A DNA stretch of 20,000 nt from an uncultured virus (IMG/VR IMGVR_UViG_3300047359_000488) (IMGVR_UViG_3300047359_000488), one strand, 5' to 3'. Shown: positions 6,864 to 15,544, counted from the stretch's first letter. Notes: generated from the sequence alone by a model not told the origin. Numbers and translations are program-made.

Positions 6864-9230
6864 TTATTGCTCGTCCATGTAAACTACTTCTACTTCATCG
6901 TCTTCTGCAAGAACGTCTGAGGCAAAAGTTAGTCCACTTGAAGTAATTGTTACTTCATTTGGTCTCGCCATAATTCTGTTGATATAAACAACAGCATATG
7001 GTGAATCATTTATTTCTGATGCAAAATCTACGGCGTTTGAGCCTAAAGAAATTTTACCAGAAGTTAAATTTGCCCATGTGATTGAGTGCGATGAACCAGT
7101 GTTATCTGTTTCGTCTTGTGCAGTTGTCTCATAAGCATGTGTGTGTTTTTTAGAAGTGTTACCTAACTGTACATAACGACCATCTAGTGATACTGTAACA
7201 TCTGACTGTGTACCAACTGATAAAGTTAGTGTACCACTTGAGAATGAAGCACCATCTACATAGTCATTGACTTCTGTTTGTGTGTTAGTAACAGTTAAAG
7301 TACCTGCCGCATCATCATATGATATGCCAATACCTGTTCCTGCTGAAACATTAGCCATTACCGCATCTTGGGCTCTTTCATCAGTGAAGAACAAGTTTGA
7401 TGATCCCTCAGTAATTTCGTCTGAGTTATCAACACCTTGAACTGCCGCTGTTACGTAAGCCTGTGTTGCGTATGAGTTAGTTGTTAGATAAGAACTTACA
7501 CGTGCATCTGTGTAATAAAGATTAGTTGAACCTTCAGATACATCATCACTGTCCATACTTGCATTGATATAAGCATCAACTCTTGCATCTGTATAGTACA
7601 AGTTTGTACCTTCAGATACGTCAGTTGTTGATTTATTACCAAGTCTTGTATCAAATAGTGCGTTCACTCTAGCATCTGTATGATAAAGATTATTTGAACC
7701 TTCAGAAAGGCTATCTGTATCTTTAATAGCTAGTCTTGTATCAAATAGTGTGTTCACTCTAGCATCTGTATGGTATTTGTTATTTGTACCTTCAGTCAAA
7801 TCATCTGTATCAGAAGCGGATAAGTTTAAGTTAGCACCAGTTGCCGCGGCAACTCTTGCATCTGCTCTCGCATCTGTAAAGTACAGATTAGTTGAACCTT
7901 CTGCTAAATTATCAGTATTCTTAGTTGATAATCTTGTATCCCAACGTGCGTCTGTGTAATAAAGATTAGTTGAACCTTCAGATACATCGTCTGTATCTTT
8001 AGTGCCTAATCTTGTATCAAAACGTGCGTTAGTATAATAAAGGTTAGTTGTACCTTCTGCTAAATCATCTGTGTCGCTTGATGCTAAACCTTGTGTTGAG
8101 ATAACACCAGTTGATGAATTATATGTCAAGTCACCTGAAACTGAAATTGCCGCTCTTGCTCTTGCATCAGTGAAATACTGATTTGAACCTTCAGACAAGT
8201 TAGTTGTTGAGTGATTTGAAATGCTAGATACTGTACCTGTTACATCACCTGTTACGTCACCTGTTACGTCACCAATAAATGTTGCCGCTGTTACGTCACC
8301 AGAAGAATAAAAATCTTCTGCGCCGATTGACCAACGGTCGTTAGTTTCGTCCCATAATAGTTGTACGTTTAGGTCATCACCACGTTCAATTTCGATACCG
8401 CCTGAAATTGATGCTGTACCAGTTGCATCTGAATTTAATAGTAGAATATTATCTGCTAAGTCAATTTGTGATGTATTGATTGTAGTTGTTGTACCATTAA
8501 CTGTTAAGTTACCTGTAACTGTTACGTTGCTTGAGAAAGTACCAGTTGTACCTGAAACAGCGTTTGAACCTGAACCAATGCCTGTGCTTATTGCATTATC
8601 AACATAAGTCTTGTTCGCCGCGTCACTTCCAGTTGTTGGAGTTCCAACTTCTTTGATAACATTTGAATTCATGTCAATGTGGTCACCCACTTGAATATCA
8701 CCAGATGAAGTCTTAAGTTCACCTGTAAACTGAATTCCGTTGCTTGATTCAATTTGCAAAGTACCAGTACCAGTAGTCATCAGTTTCAACGTTTCGTTAG
8801 CGTCCGTTTTAACTGTGATAGTGCCACTATCGTCTTCTAGAATCTTTTTGTTGTTGATGTATAGTGATCCTGGCCCTAAGTAAAGGTCACGCCATCTTTT
8901 TGTTGTTGAGCCTAAGTCGTATGTATCATCCGTACCAGGTAGGATATCACCGGTGTATTCTGAATTACCTGTGACATTTACGCCTGCTGAGAATGTAGCT
9001 GTATTTGTTACTGCTAGTGTACCGCCAACTGTTACATTACTTGTAAATGCACCAGTAGTAGAAGAAGACGTACCGCCTTCTCTCATAAGTGGGTAACCGC
9101 CAGTTGTTGCGCCATCGTGTACTACAAGAGTTTTCTTGTCTGTATCGACCGTAACTTCACCTACTAGGCCAGTAAATGATGAGTGTTGTGTCGTTGTACC
9201 ACGACGGAACTGTATTGCATATGCCGCCAT
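6864..9230 (-). CDS. Long repetitive fibre protein with Mtd_N-like N-terminal anchor
   Basis: N-terminus IQFRRGT...FTGLVGEVTVDTDKKTLVVHDG.T.GG resembles the major-tropism-determinant N-terminal domain; P.TD.TYDLGS..KRWRDLY motif; nine EG(S/T)xNLY(Y/F/H)TDAR-type repeats; T/S/G/D/N-rich. Confidence 0.8.
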   Translation of the reverse strand: MAAYAIQFRRGTTTQHSSFTGLVGEVTVDTDKKTLVVHDGATTGGYPLMREGGTSSSTTGAFTSNVTVGGTLAVTNTATFSAGVNVTGNSEYTGDILPGTDDTYDLGSTTKRWRDLYLGPGSLYINNKKILEDDSGTITVKTDANETLKLMTTGTGTLQIESSNGIQFTGELKTSSGDIQVGDHIDMNSNVIKEVGTPTTGSDAANKTYVDNAISTGIGSGSNAVSGTTGTFSSNVTVTGNLTVNGTTTTINTSQIDLADNILLLNSDATGTASISGGIEIERGDDLNVQLLWDETNDRWSIGAEDFYSSGDVTAATFIGDVTGDVTGDVTGTVSSISNHSTTNLSEGSNQYFTDARARAAISVSGDLTYNSSTGVISTQGLASSDTDDLAEGTTNLYYTNARFDTRLGTKDTDDVSEGSTNLYYTDARWDTRLSTKNTDNLAEGSTNLYFTDARADARVAAATGANLNLSASDTDDLTEGTNNKYHTDARVNTLFDTRLAIKDTDSLSEGSNNLYHTDARVNALFDTRLGNKSTTDVSEGTNLYYTDARVDAYINASMDSDDVSEGSTNLYYTDARVSSYLTTNSYATQAYVTAAVQGVDNSDEITEGSSNLFFTDERAQDAVMANVSAGTGIGISYDDAAGTLTVTNTQTEVNDYVDGASFSSGTLTLSVGTQSDVTVSLDGRYVQLGNTSKKHTHAYETTAQDETDNTGSSHSITWANLTSGKISLGSNAVDFASEINDSPYAVVYINRIMARPNEVTITSSGLTFASDVLAEDDEVEVVYMDEQ
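7374..8207 (-). repeat. Nine intragenic copies of TDD(L/V)xEG(S/T)xNLYYTDAR
   Basis: Counted in the translation; near-identical DNA copies at 7642-7682 vs 7732-7772 (40/41) and 7500-7544 vs 7944-7988 (44/45). Confidence 0.92.
8235..8273. repeat. 12-bp tandem repeat x3 encoding (GDVT)3
   Basis: ACCTGTTACATC ACCTGTTACGTC ACCTGTTACGTC ACC. Confidence 0.9.
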
Positions 9231-9302
9231 ATTATATTCTCCCGTCTATAAAAAATCGATTTATTATAAACTACACTGAATTGGGTTAAGTGTAATCTAC
9301 TC

Positions 9303-9311
9303 TTATTTATC
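9303..9311 (-). promoter_or_regulatory. Putative late promoter for the 788-aa fibre gene
   Basis: Minus strand GATAAATAA in the intergenic gap, about 70 nt before the ATG at 9230. Confidence 0.6.
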
Positions 9312-9347
9312 TAAGATAGTGGATATTTGACTGTATGTATTTAATTA

Positions 9348-11084
9348 TTAAAGTATTACTACTTCAATAATTTTAGAGCCTTCAGAGGACTCCGTCGTTA
9401 AGGATTTGGCAAAAACTGCACGTCCCATATCAACACCAGCAACACTTTTTGCATGACCTTTGACACTAGACGTTACCATTAAATCACCTTTTTTAACTGG
9501 TCCAATTACTTGACATGGTACTCTACCACGCAATGCAATGTAAGGGTGTGTATCATCTGTGCCTGCTTCTGCATTCATTCTATAAGCTGGATTAGTACTT
9601 ACAACGCCTGCCACTCTGTAATCTGCGGGCACATCGGTCTTAGTGACTTCTTTATCTCCGCCAAATATAAGGACAGTTCCTGGTTCGTAAATAGCATCAG
9701 CTTCGTAACGTTCTGCAAGGTCGGCATAAGTGGCTTCAATCGTTTCGCCGTGAACAAATTCCCATCTTTTTGATGGACTGCCCAAACTATATGTTGCATC
9801 AGTTAATGGTGTTATAGAGCCTGCTACTGTATTATTGGCATCATTTACCATATGGTTCGTTGGTAAATCTCCGGAAGTCAAATAACCGCTATCATTTGGT
9901 AAATCACTTATAGCTGTAGGGACATTCGGTTTATCTATTAAATTATTATAACTACCCGATGTAGCCACTGTTGCCAAATTACTTGCTACTGCTAACGTGC
10001 TTATCTGTGTTTGCAGTGTTCCGTTGTAATCATCATCATTGTTTATTGATGCCGCTATCTTTTTTAATGTGTTTAATTGATTTGGTGCAACATCTACCAC
10101 ATCATTTATACGGCCTTCTGTATACGTATTTGCCGCATTCAAATTTGTAACATCATCTGCTTGCCAATCTGCGGCAAAGCCTTGATAACTCTGTGTGACA
10201 TACCCTGCATCATTGTAAAAAGAACCAACATTAGTCGGTAGACTAGTGCCTGTTGAGCCTCCAGTGCTTCCTGAAATAACAGTTGTGTCTGTCAATAGAC
10301 CAAAGTCTGTAGGAGCATCATAACTAATAACACCAGTTGTATTGTCATAACCTATTTCATTACCTGTTACACTGATTGCCTGTCTAGCATCTGAATCTTG
10401 GTAATAATTTCCTGAAAAAGATATTACACCAGTTGCTGGATCATACGTCAATTCACTACCAGCATTCATACTGATAGCCGCTCTTGCTCTTGCATCTGTA
10501 TAATAAAGATTTGTACCTTCAGTCAAATCATCTGTATCATAATTTGTTAGAACATTTGTAATCGCAGTACCATCACCAGTTATAGTAGTGAATGTTGCTT
10601 GTGCTGGTGCAGTTGCACCAATAACAGTGCCATCAATATTACCCGAGTTAATATCTACTGTGCCGTTTCCAGTTACATCAATTATTACATCACCGTTTTC
10701 TGAATTTATATCACCTACTAATGCACCCGTAAGTGCAATATCAGTTCCTTCAATAGCGCCTGTTTTAAAATCATCACTGAACGTTGAAAATTTACCAGAG
10801 GTTTCGTCCCAACCAAACTTCTTGTTGTCATCTGTTCCTCTATTAATCTCAATACCAACATCTTCGGTAGCAGAACCTGTTAAGTCTCCATTCAATAGCA
10901 TAAATGGATCAGCAACACTTACTGTTTCTGAATCTACTGTAGTTGTGGCTCCTAATACACGTAAATCACCATCAATTTCTAGTACACCATTTTTAGGTTT
11001 AATTACTGCGTTTGCAACAGAATCTAAAATCAGTTTTTCACCTTTTAGAAATAATCTGTCACCGAATTTAATTTGCTCTGCCAT
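9348..11084 (-). CDS. Fibre/appendage protein with C-terminal putative intramolecular chaperone (Peptidase G2-like) domain
   Basis: Shares the G.TTT...D....LN....GIEI.RG......WDET domain and one EGTNLYYTDAR repeat with the 788-aa protein, and the AP..L.TL..IAA motif and YADLAERY C-terminal domain with the 396-aa protein; LATVATSGSYNNLIDKP fibre motif. Confidence 0.78.
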   Translation of the reverse strand: MAEQIKFGDRLFLKGEKLILDSVANAVIKPKNGVLEIDGDLRVLGATTTVDSETVSVADPFMLLNGDLTGSATEDVGIEINRGTDDNKKFGWDETSGKFSTFSDDFKTGAIEGTDIALTGALVGDINSENGDVIIDVTGNGTVDINSGNIDGTVIGATAPAQATFTTITGDGTAITNVLTNYDTDDLTEGTNLYYTDARARAAISMNAGSELTYDPATGVISFSGNYYQDSDARQAISVTGNEIGYDNTTGVISYDAPTDFGLLTDTTVISGSTGGSTGTSLPTNVGSFYNDAGYVTQSYQGFAADWQADDVTNLNAANTYTEGRINDVVDVAPNQLNTLKKIAASINNDDDYNGTLQTQISTLAVASNLATVATSGSYNNLIDKPNVPTAISDLPNDSGYLTSGDLPTNHMVNDANNTVAGSITPLTDATYSLGSPSKRWEFVHGETIEATYADLAERYEADAIYEPGTVLIFGGDKEVTKTDVPADYRVAGVVSTNPAYRMNAEAGTDDTHPYIALRGRVPCQVIGPVKKGDLMVTSSVKGHAKSVAGVDMGRAVFAKSLTTESSEGSKIIEVVIL

Positions 11085-11123
11085 ATGAATTCTCTCTCAA
11101 ACGATTAGGTTTCTTATCTAATT

Positions 11124-11132
11124 GTATTTATC
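11124..11132 (-). promoter_or_regulatory. Late promoter for the fibre cassette
   Basis: Minus strand GATAAATAC, downstream of the capsid terminator and about 40 nt before the ATG at 11084. Confidence 0.7.
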
Positions 11133-11155
11133 AGAATTCATGGTTTTTTAGCCAT

Positions 11156-11184
11156 AAAAAAAGCCGGGAATAAATCCCGGCTTT
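11156..11184 (-). terminator. Intrinsic terminator after the major capsid gene
   Basis: AAAGCCGGGA-ATAAA-TCCCGGCTTT inverted repeat with A7 on the left (U-tract on minus strand). Confidence 0.9.
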
Positions 11185-11209
11185 CTTGTAATCTAATTTG
11201 TATAAAAAA

Positions 11210-12364
11210 TTATACGAATGCTAGATTTGAGACTGCGATTTTAGAAACGTAGTCTGCCGCATTACCTAGAGATGATGCAGTGTTTGTTAGTTCAACATAA
11301 CCGTAACGAGTCATAAATGACACTACTGGTTCGAATGAACTTGGATCTACCACAACGCCTGATGACATTAACGGTACGTATGGGCAATAGAACGCCGCCG
11401 CATCGATTTCGCCTTGACCTTTGTAGCCTAGTAATACGTCATCGTTTGATGCATATGTGTTTACATATACTCTCATAGTACTGTTTAGAGTACCTACGAA
11501 CTTAGTATTAGTTGGTGCTTCAAAAGTACCTTCAGTTGTACGTGCAAATGCTGATGTAGTTGCAGATTGTAGAACTGTTAGTGCTGATGGTGAGATAACT
11601 GCCCAGTTAGCCGCGCCACGTCTTGTACGCTGTGCTACTAGGTTAGCTTGTTGGTTGATTAATGTCGCAAGTACGGCATGTCTGTCACCGATAAACGTTG
11701 GTGTACCTGTGAATGATGCTGACATGTCATATGTAGCGCCAGTAGATGCTAAGTTAGATAGTGAACCTAGAATTTCTTGGTCGATTTCAGCAGTGATTTC
11801 CATTGCTAATGCCGCCATGATTTCAGCTTCGATATCTAAACCGTGCATTGAGTTAGCGTCTTGTGCCGCTTCGAAAGTCCAACGTGCAGACAGTTTACGA
11901 GTTTTCGCTTCAACTGTTTGCTTTAGAACTTGAATTGACATTTTTGATCCTGCTTCACCTTCTAGTGATGCTGTAGAAGCCGGAGCCCCTGCCGCGTCAC
12001 CTGAATATGCGTTAGCAATATCAAATGGGCTTAGTGCTTCATCACCTGCCGCCACGCCAGCTTTTGCTTCTGCGTAACGTACTCTTAGAGTGTGAATTTG
12101 GCCTACTGGGCCTGTCATTGGCTGTACGCCGATGATTTCGTTTGCAATTACTGTTGGCATTACACGACGGATAACTGGTAGGATCACTTTGTTAAGAGTA
12201 GCGATGTTACCAGCCTGTGTTGCACCAGCAGTTGCACTTTCATTAAGTGCTACTTTAGTGTTTTCTAAAACTGCGGACATTGTATCACGTTTTGTGCCTT
12301 CTAGACCTTCTAGTAGTGCATCACGTGTACCGTCCCAGTTATTTCCTTCAAAAAGATTTTCCAT
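11210..12364 (-). CDS. gp23: Major capsid protein, T4 gp23-like
   Basis: RRVMPTVIANEIIGVQPMTGPVGQIHTLR, VEAKTRKLSARWTFEAAQD...HGLDIEAE, AAFYCPYVPL, FMTRYG: hallmark gp23 motifs; follows protease and scaffold. Confidence 0.97.
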   Translation of the reverse strand: MENLFEGNNWDGTRDALLEGLEGTKRDTMSAVLENTKVALNESATAGATQAGNIATLNKVILPVIRRVMPTVIANEIIGVQPMTGPVGQIHTLRVRYAEAKAGVAAGDEALSPFDIANAYSGDAAGAPASTASLEGEAGSKMSIQVLKQTVEAKTRKLSARWTFEAAQDANSMHGLDIEAEIMAALAMEITAEIDQEILGSLSNLASTGATYDMSASFTGTPTFIGDRHAVLATLINQQANLVAQRTRRGAANWAVISPSALTVLQSATTSAFARTTEGTFEAPTNTKFVGTLNSTMRVYVNTYASNDDVLLGYKGQGEIDAAAFYCPYVPLMSSGVVVDPSSFEPVVSFMTRYGYVELTNTASSLGNAADYVSKIAVSNLAFV

Positions 12365-12390
12365 CTTTTATTCTCCTGATATTATCCTGG

Positions 12391-13506
12391 TTAATTCAAT
12401 CCAGCCAATTTCTTAAGCTGAATTATTTCGGCATCGCTTCCTGACGACTGTGGTTCTACGTGTGTTGCTACCCCACGGTCACCAGTTCTTTCAGTCACTT
12501 TGCCTTCTGTTAATGTTTTTGTTTCTTTTGTAGAAACGTTTTTCTCATCCAAAACAGCTGGTAGATATTTTTTAAATGCTGTTTGTAGATTTGAAGTTTT
12601 TACTGACTCTAATAAATCAGACATTACTGTTGCTTTTTCTTTACCTAACGGTGCTAGTAAACCAGATAGAACTTCTTTTCTGTTCATCTTGTCTTCTAGT
12701 ATACGTTGAGTTTTCTTAGCGCCTTCAATGTCCGCATCTTTATCAGCTATCACTTTTTCAAGTTCTGCAACCTTGTTAGCAGATTCGTTAAGTTTCTTGT
12801 TCACTTTAGCTACTTCTGTGCCTTCATTTAATTGTGAAGCCATAAATTCGCCTGAGAACGCTTCAAAGACCTTACGTCCAAACTCATTTTCTTTAGCTTG
12901 TACGATATCTTCTTTTAACGCTTTCATTTCTGAACGTAAAGAATTCTTAATTGTATTTTCAACAAGTTCCGCTGAACGTTTAATAAACGATTCTTTAGTC
13001 TTGTTAAGAATATTTTTGCCTTCTGCTACCAAACGTACTTTAGTGTTAACTAATTCACGTTTATCATTATGGAACTCAGATAGTTCACGGCTTAGTTGTT
13101 TAACAACGAATTTCTTAGTTTCCTGTAGATTTTCGTTAACTTTAGCCCTGTCTGCCTGTAGTTCTTTAACTTCGGTCGCTAAACGAGAAGTAATGAATTT
13201 TTCAAGGAGTTTTGCATGTTCAGAAATTGCTTTCTTATATGCAACTCGTTCTGCGATAAGTTGTTCACGGTCTGTTTTAAACTCTGCCATTTCAGCTTTA
13301 ATTGATGTATTAAGCATGTTATCCATAGCTTCTACAATCACTGATTTGTCGTGTTCAAACTTTTGTGCGAACTCCTCACGCAACTCGGCTGTAATCTCCT
13401 CTCTTGCTTCATTTAGTTTTGTCTCAAGAGCCTCTTTAATTTGTGCGCCAGCCTCTTCGGATAGGGCACCTGACTCTAAAAGATTAGCAAGGATTTCTGT
13501 TGCCAT
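12391..13506 (-). CDS. gp22: Prohead core scaffolding protein, T4 gp22-like
   Basis: E/K-rich coiled coil between protease and capsid genes; many L-x-E sites; C-terminal LKKLAGL. Confidence 0.85.
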   Translation of the reverse strand: MATEILANLLESGALSEEAGAQIKEALETKLNEAREEITAELREEFAQKFEHDKSVIVEAMDNMLNTSIKAEMAEFKTDREQLIAERVAYKKAISEHAKLLEKFITSRLATEVKELQADRAKVNENLQETKKFVVKQLSRELSEFHNDKRELVNTKVRLVAEGKNILNKTKESFIKRSAELVENTIKNSLRSEMKALKEDIVQAKENEFGRKVFEAFSGEFMASQLNEGTEVAKVNKKLNESANKVAELEKVIADKDADIEGAKKTQRILEDKMNRKEVLSGLLAPLGKEKATVMSDLLESVKTSNLQTAFKKYLPAVLDEKNVSTKETKTLTEGKVTERTGDRGVATHVEPQSSGSDAEIIQLKKLAGLN

Positions 13507-13520
13507 TGTTGCTTCTCCTG

Positions 13521-14150
13521 TTATAGTTTAAGTTCATTAATGAACTTAACGATTTGTTCTGACAAGTATTTTTGAGCGACCTTGTCTGTTTGTACATTCT
13601 GTGCTAGTTGCCAAGTTTGGTAACCACCACGCATGTTCATTAAACCTTCGTAGATTGCCTTCGGGTAGGCATCTGGAGCACTTGGTTGTGCTACGATGTC
13701 TACAGTGACAATCTCAAAATTCTTCACATTCCCATCGTGACCAACTTCACCTGAACCACGAGATGAGACACCTAGCGTGGCACCTGATTCGATTAATGTT
13801 CTGATAATGTTACCCATGGGTGTAGGAACAATTTTAAGTTTACCATATCCGTTCGGCCCATCCATCCACATATTCTCAATAATATGTGATACTCTGTCTA
13901 CATTGACAGTTAATTCTGGCGGATGGTCACATTCACCTAATACTGGGAAACCTTCACTGATTTTAGATTGTACAGATTCAACTGCCCTAGTAATTTCAGC
14001 TACAGGATATACCCTTTGGTTAGCATTCTTAACGTTACCTTGAACGAAAATGCCTTCCATGAACATGTTTTTTCCGCCGTCCTCACCTTCCACGATACGT
14101 GATTTCACATTCGCTTGTTTGTGGGATAGTCTTTCAATAAGAACGGTCAT
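13521..14150 (-). CDS. gp21: Prohead core protease, T4 gp21-like
   Basis: EGIFVQG.VKNANQRVYP, LGECDHP (His), RVSH.I, PTPMGNI, LGVSSRGSG (Ser), DIVAQPSAPDAY. Confidence 0.96.
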   Translation of the reverse strand: MTVLIERLSHKQANVKSRIVEGEDGGKNMFMEGIFVQGNVKNANQRVYPVAEITRAVESVQSKISEGFPVLGECDHPPELTVNVDRVSHIIENMWMDGPNGYGKLKIVPTPMGNIIRTLIESGATLGVSSRGSGEVGHDGNVKNFEIVTVDIVAQPSAPDAYPKAIYEGLMNMRGGYQTWQLAQNVQTDKVAQKYLSEQIVKFINELKL

Positions 14151-14167
14151 TGGTTATCTCCAAAGTT

Positions 14168-15052
14168 TTAGCTACTAACTGATTTAGTGTTAGCGCCGTT
14201 ATCACCTTCAGAAGCCGATTTCGGGCTCATTGCAGGTGCTTTACTGTTTCCAGATACGTTTACGTTACCTGTTGACATATCTTTTGGTGCATCACCTTTG
14301 CCGCCTGATGTGTTACCATCGTTTTGGCCTACTGGTTTTGCATTTGAATCGTCACCAGGACGCTTTGCATTTGCATTGACTGTTGATGCTGTGTTGTCAC
14401 CATTGTCGCCTGTTGACGCTGTTGCCGGAGTAACATACTCGTCCAACTTGTCTTCATCTGCTTCTGCTTCGTCTTCTGATTCTTCTAAATCAAGTTCTAG
14501 TTCATCTGATTCATCTACTGCTTCTTCTTCAACAGCTTCAATTTCAGTTGCTTCTTCCATGTCATCTTCCACATCCATTTCTTCGTCTGCTTCATCTTCC
14601 ATGTCATCGCCTTCACCTGACATAATTTTTTCGAATTCCGCTTCAAGATCCGCTAGATTTGACTCTAGGTCATCTACACGTGCTTCCATATCCTCAGCTG
14701 GAGCCTCTTCATCACCCATTTCTAGGTCTTCTTCTGCTTCATCTTCTGATGATTCGTCTGCATCATAGAATTCTTCATTTTCTATTTCGGATGCGTCATC
14801 TTCGATAGCTTCGCCATCTTCCAATGATACTTCCTCTAGTTCTTCGTTTTCCTCAACTTGGTCAGTCTCGGCCTCAGATTCGTCTATATCCTCAAGGTCT
14901 TCTTCTACAACTTCGTCACTATCGTTAAGAAGTTCTTCATGGATCCTACGAGCCTCTGCTACAATAAAGTCATGCAACATGTTTTCTGCGGCGTCTTTTT
15001 CCTCGTTGATTAGAAGTTCTAGTACGTTCTCTAATGTACTTTTGTCTGACAT
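14168..15052 (-). CDS. Highly acidic prohead core-like protein (position of T4 gp67/gp68)
   Basis: D/E-dominated centre with a short coiled coil (EARVDDLESNLADLEAEFEKIM); between portal and protease; AAGGAG RBS. Confidence 0.7.
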   Translation of the reverse strand: MSDKSTLENVLELLINEEKDAAENMLHDFIVAEARRIHEELLNDSDEVVEEDLEDIDESEAETDQVEENEELEEVSLEDGEAIEDDASEIENEEFYDADESSEDEAEEDLEMGDEEAPAEDMEARVDDLESNLADLEAEFEKIMSGEGDDMEDEADEEMDVEDDMEEATEIEAVEEEAVDESDELELDLEESEDEAEADEDKLDEYVTPATASTGDNGDNTASTVNANAKRPGDDSNAKPVGQNDGNTSGGKGDAPKDMSTGNVNVSGNSKAPAMSPKSASEGDNGANTKSVSS

Positions 15053-15143
15053 AATATTATATCTCCTTATCTTCTATAATCGCCACGTTTGCAAAGTCGC
15101 TTGATGTGGCAAGGTTGTAGAAACACTTCTATTGTTTCAAATG

Positions 15144-15151
15144 TATTTATA
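15144..15151 (-). promoter_or_regulatory. Late promoter for the head operon (core-protease-scaffold-capsid)
   Basis: Exact T4 late consensus TATAAATA on the minus strand, about 90 nt before the ATG at 15052. Confidence 0.8.
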
Positions 15152-15183
15152 GAGGTTTTGAGGGTTTATTAAGGAAATGCAAC

Positions 15184-15210
15184 AAAACGGCTATTTTTTC
15201 AAGCCATTTT
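15184..15210 (-). terminator. Possible terminator after the portal / 72-aa genes
   Basis: Minus strand AAAATGGCT-N9-AGCCGTTTT stem (one G-U) ending in T4GTT. Confidence 0.45.
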
Positions 15211-15294
15211 GTGATATAAGTTATTTAACAAAGTATGTCAATCACTTATGTACTCATTTAACTGTCTTTTCAGACATTTATTGACACTTAAATA

Positions 15295-15513
15295 TTATAG
15301 TTCAGGCTCAGCAGATGCATCAGAACTACCACCATATTGAGTGCTTAGTCGTTCTTTTGCTTCTGAATTCTGTACTTTTCTATATTCACGCATCTTACGT
15401 AGGTCATTAAGGTGAGTAAGTGTTAGACGATTTTTTCTTGTATCATCTAATTCTATGCTATTATGTTCATCCCTATCAGGTGAATAATTTTCATTGATAT
15501 CACTATACTTCAT
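15295..15513 (-). CDS. Small conserved head-module protein downstream of portal
   Basis: 72 aa, GGAG RBS, own TATAAATA promoter; DTRK.RLTL.HLN.LRKMRE motif recalled from this phage group. Confidence 0.8.
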   Translation of the reverse strand: MKYSDINENYSPDRDEHNSIELDDTRKNRLTLTHLNDLRKMREYRKVQNSEAKERLSTQYGGSSDASAEPEL

Positions 15514-15536
15514 TTAAAAACTCCGTTGACTATATC

Positions 15537-15544
15537 TATTTATA
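15537..15544 (-). promoter_or_regulatory. Late promoter overlapping the portal stop codon
   Basis: Exact TATAAATA on the minus strand, about 24 nt before the ATG at 15513. Confidence 0.7.

Noticed and set aside
6778..6866. Read-through or frameshift fusing the 788-aa and 396-aa fibres
   Set aside because: Different frames, TAA stop, no obvious slippery site, and the downstream gene has its own AAGGAG RBS.
7374..8207. CRISPR-like array
   Set aside because: Repeats are in-frame coding units with third-position variation and homologous, irregular spacers.
5587..11084. Diversity-generating retroelement (Mtd_N-like domain plus near-identical repeats)
   Set aside because: No reverse transcriptase or Avd in the window, both copies of each repeat are coding, repeats are short, and there is no long pair with many adenine-specific mismatches or a C-type lectin C-terminus.
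12728..13531. Long antisense ORFs (also 14187-14768, 10588-11088, 11457-11933, 17780-18238, 18884-19288, 5999-6304)
   Set aside because: S/F/L/A-rich shadows of well-supported opposite-strand genes, explained by codon bias; no RBS support.
15053..15294. tRNA or small ORF in the largest intergenic gap
   Set aside because: No cloverleaf or T-loop motif and no ORF with RBS seen; explained by terminator, promoter and leader.
15281..15310. Plus-strand TTGACA as an antisense promoter
   Set aside because: No -10-like hexamer at 16-18 nt spacing.
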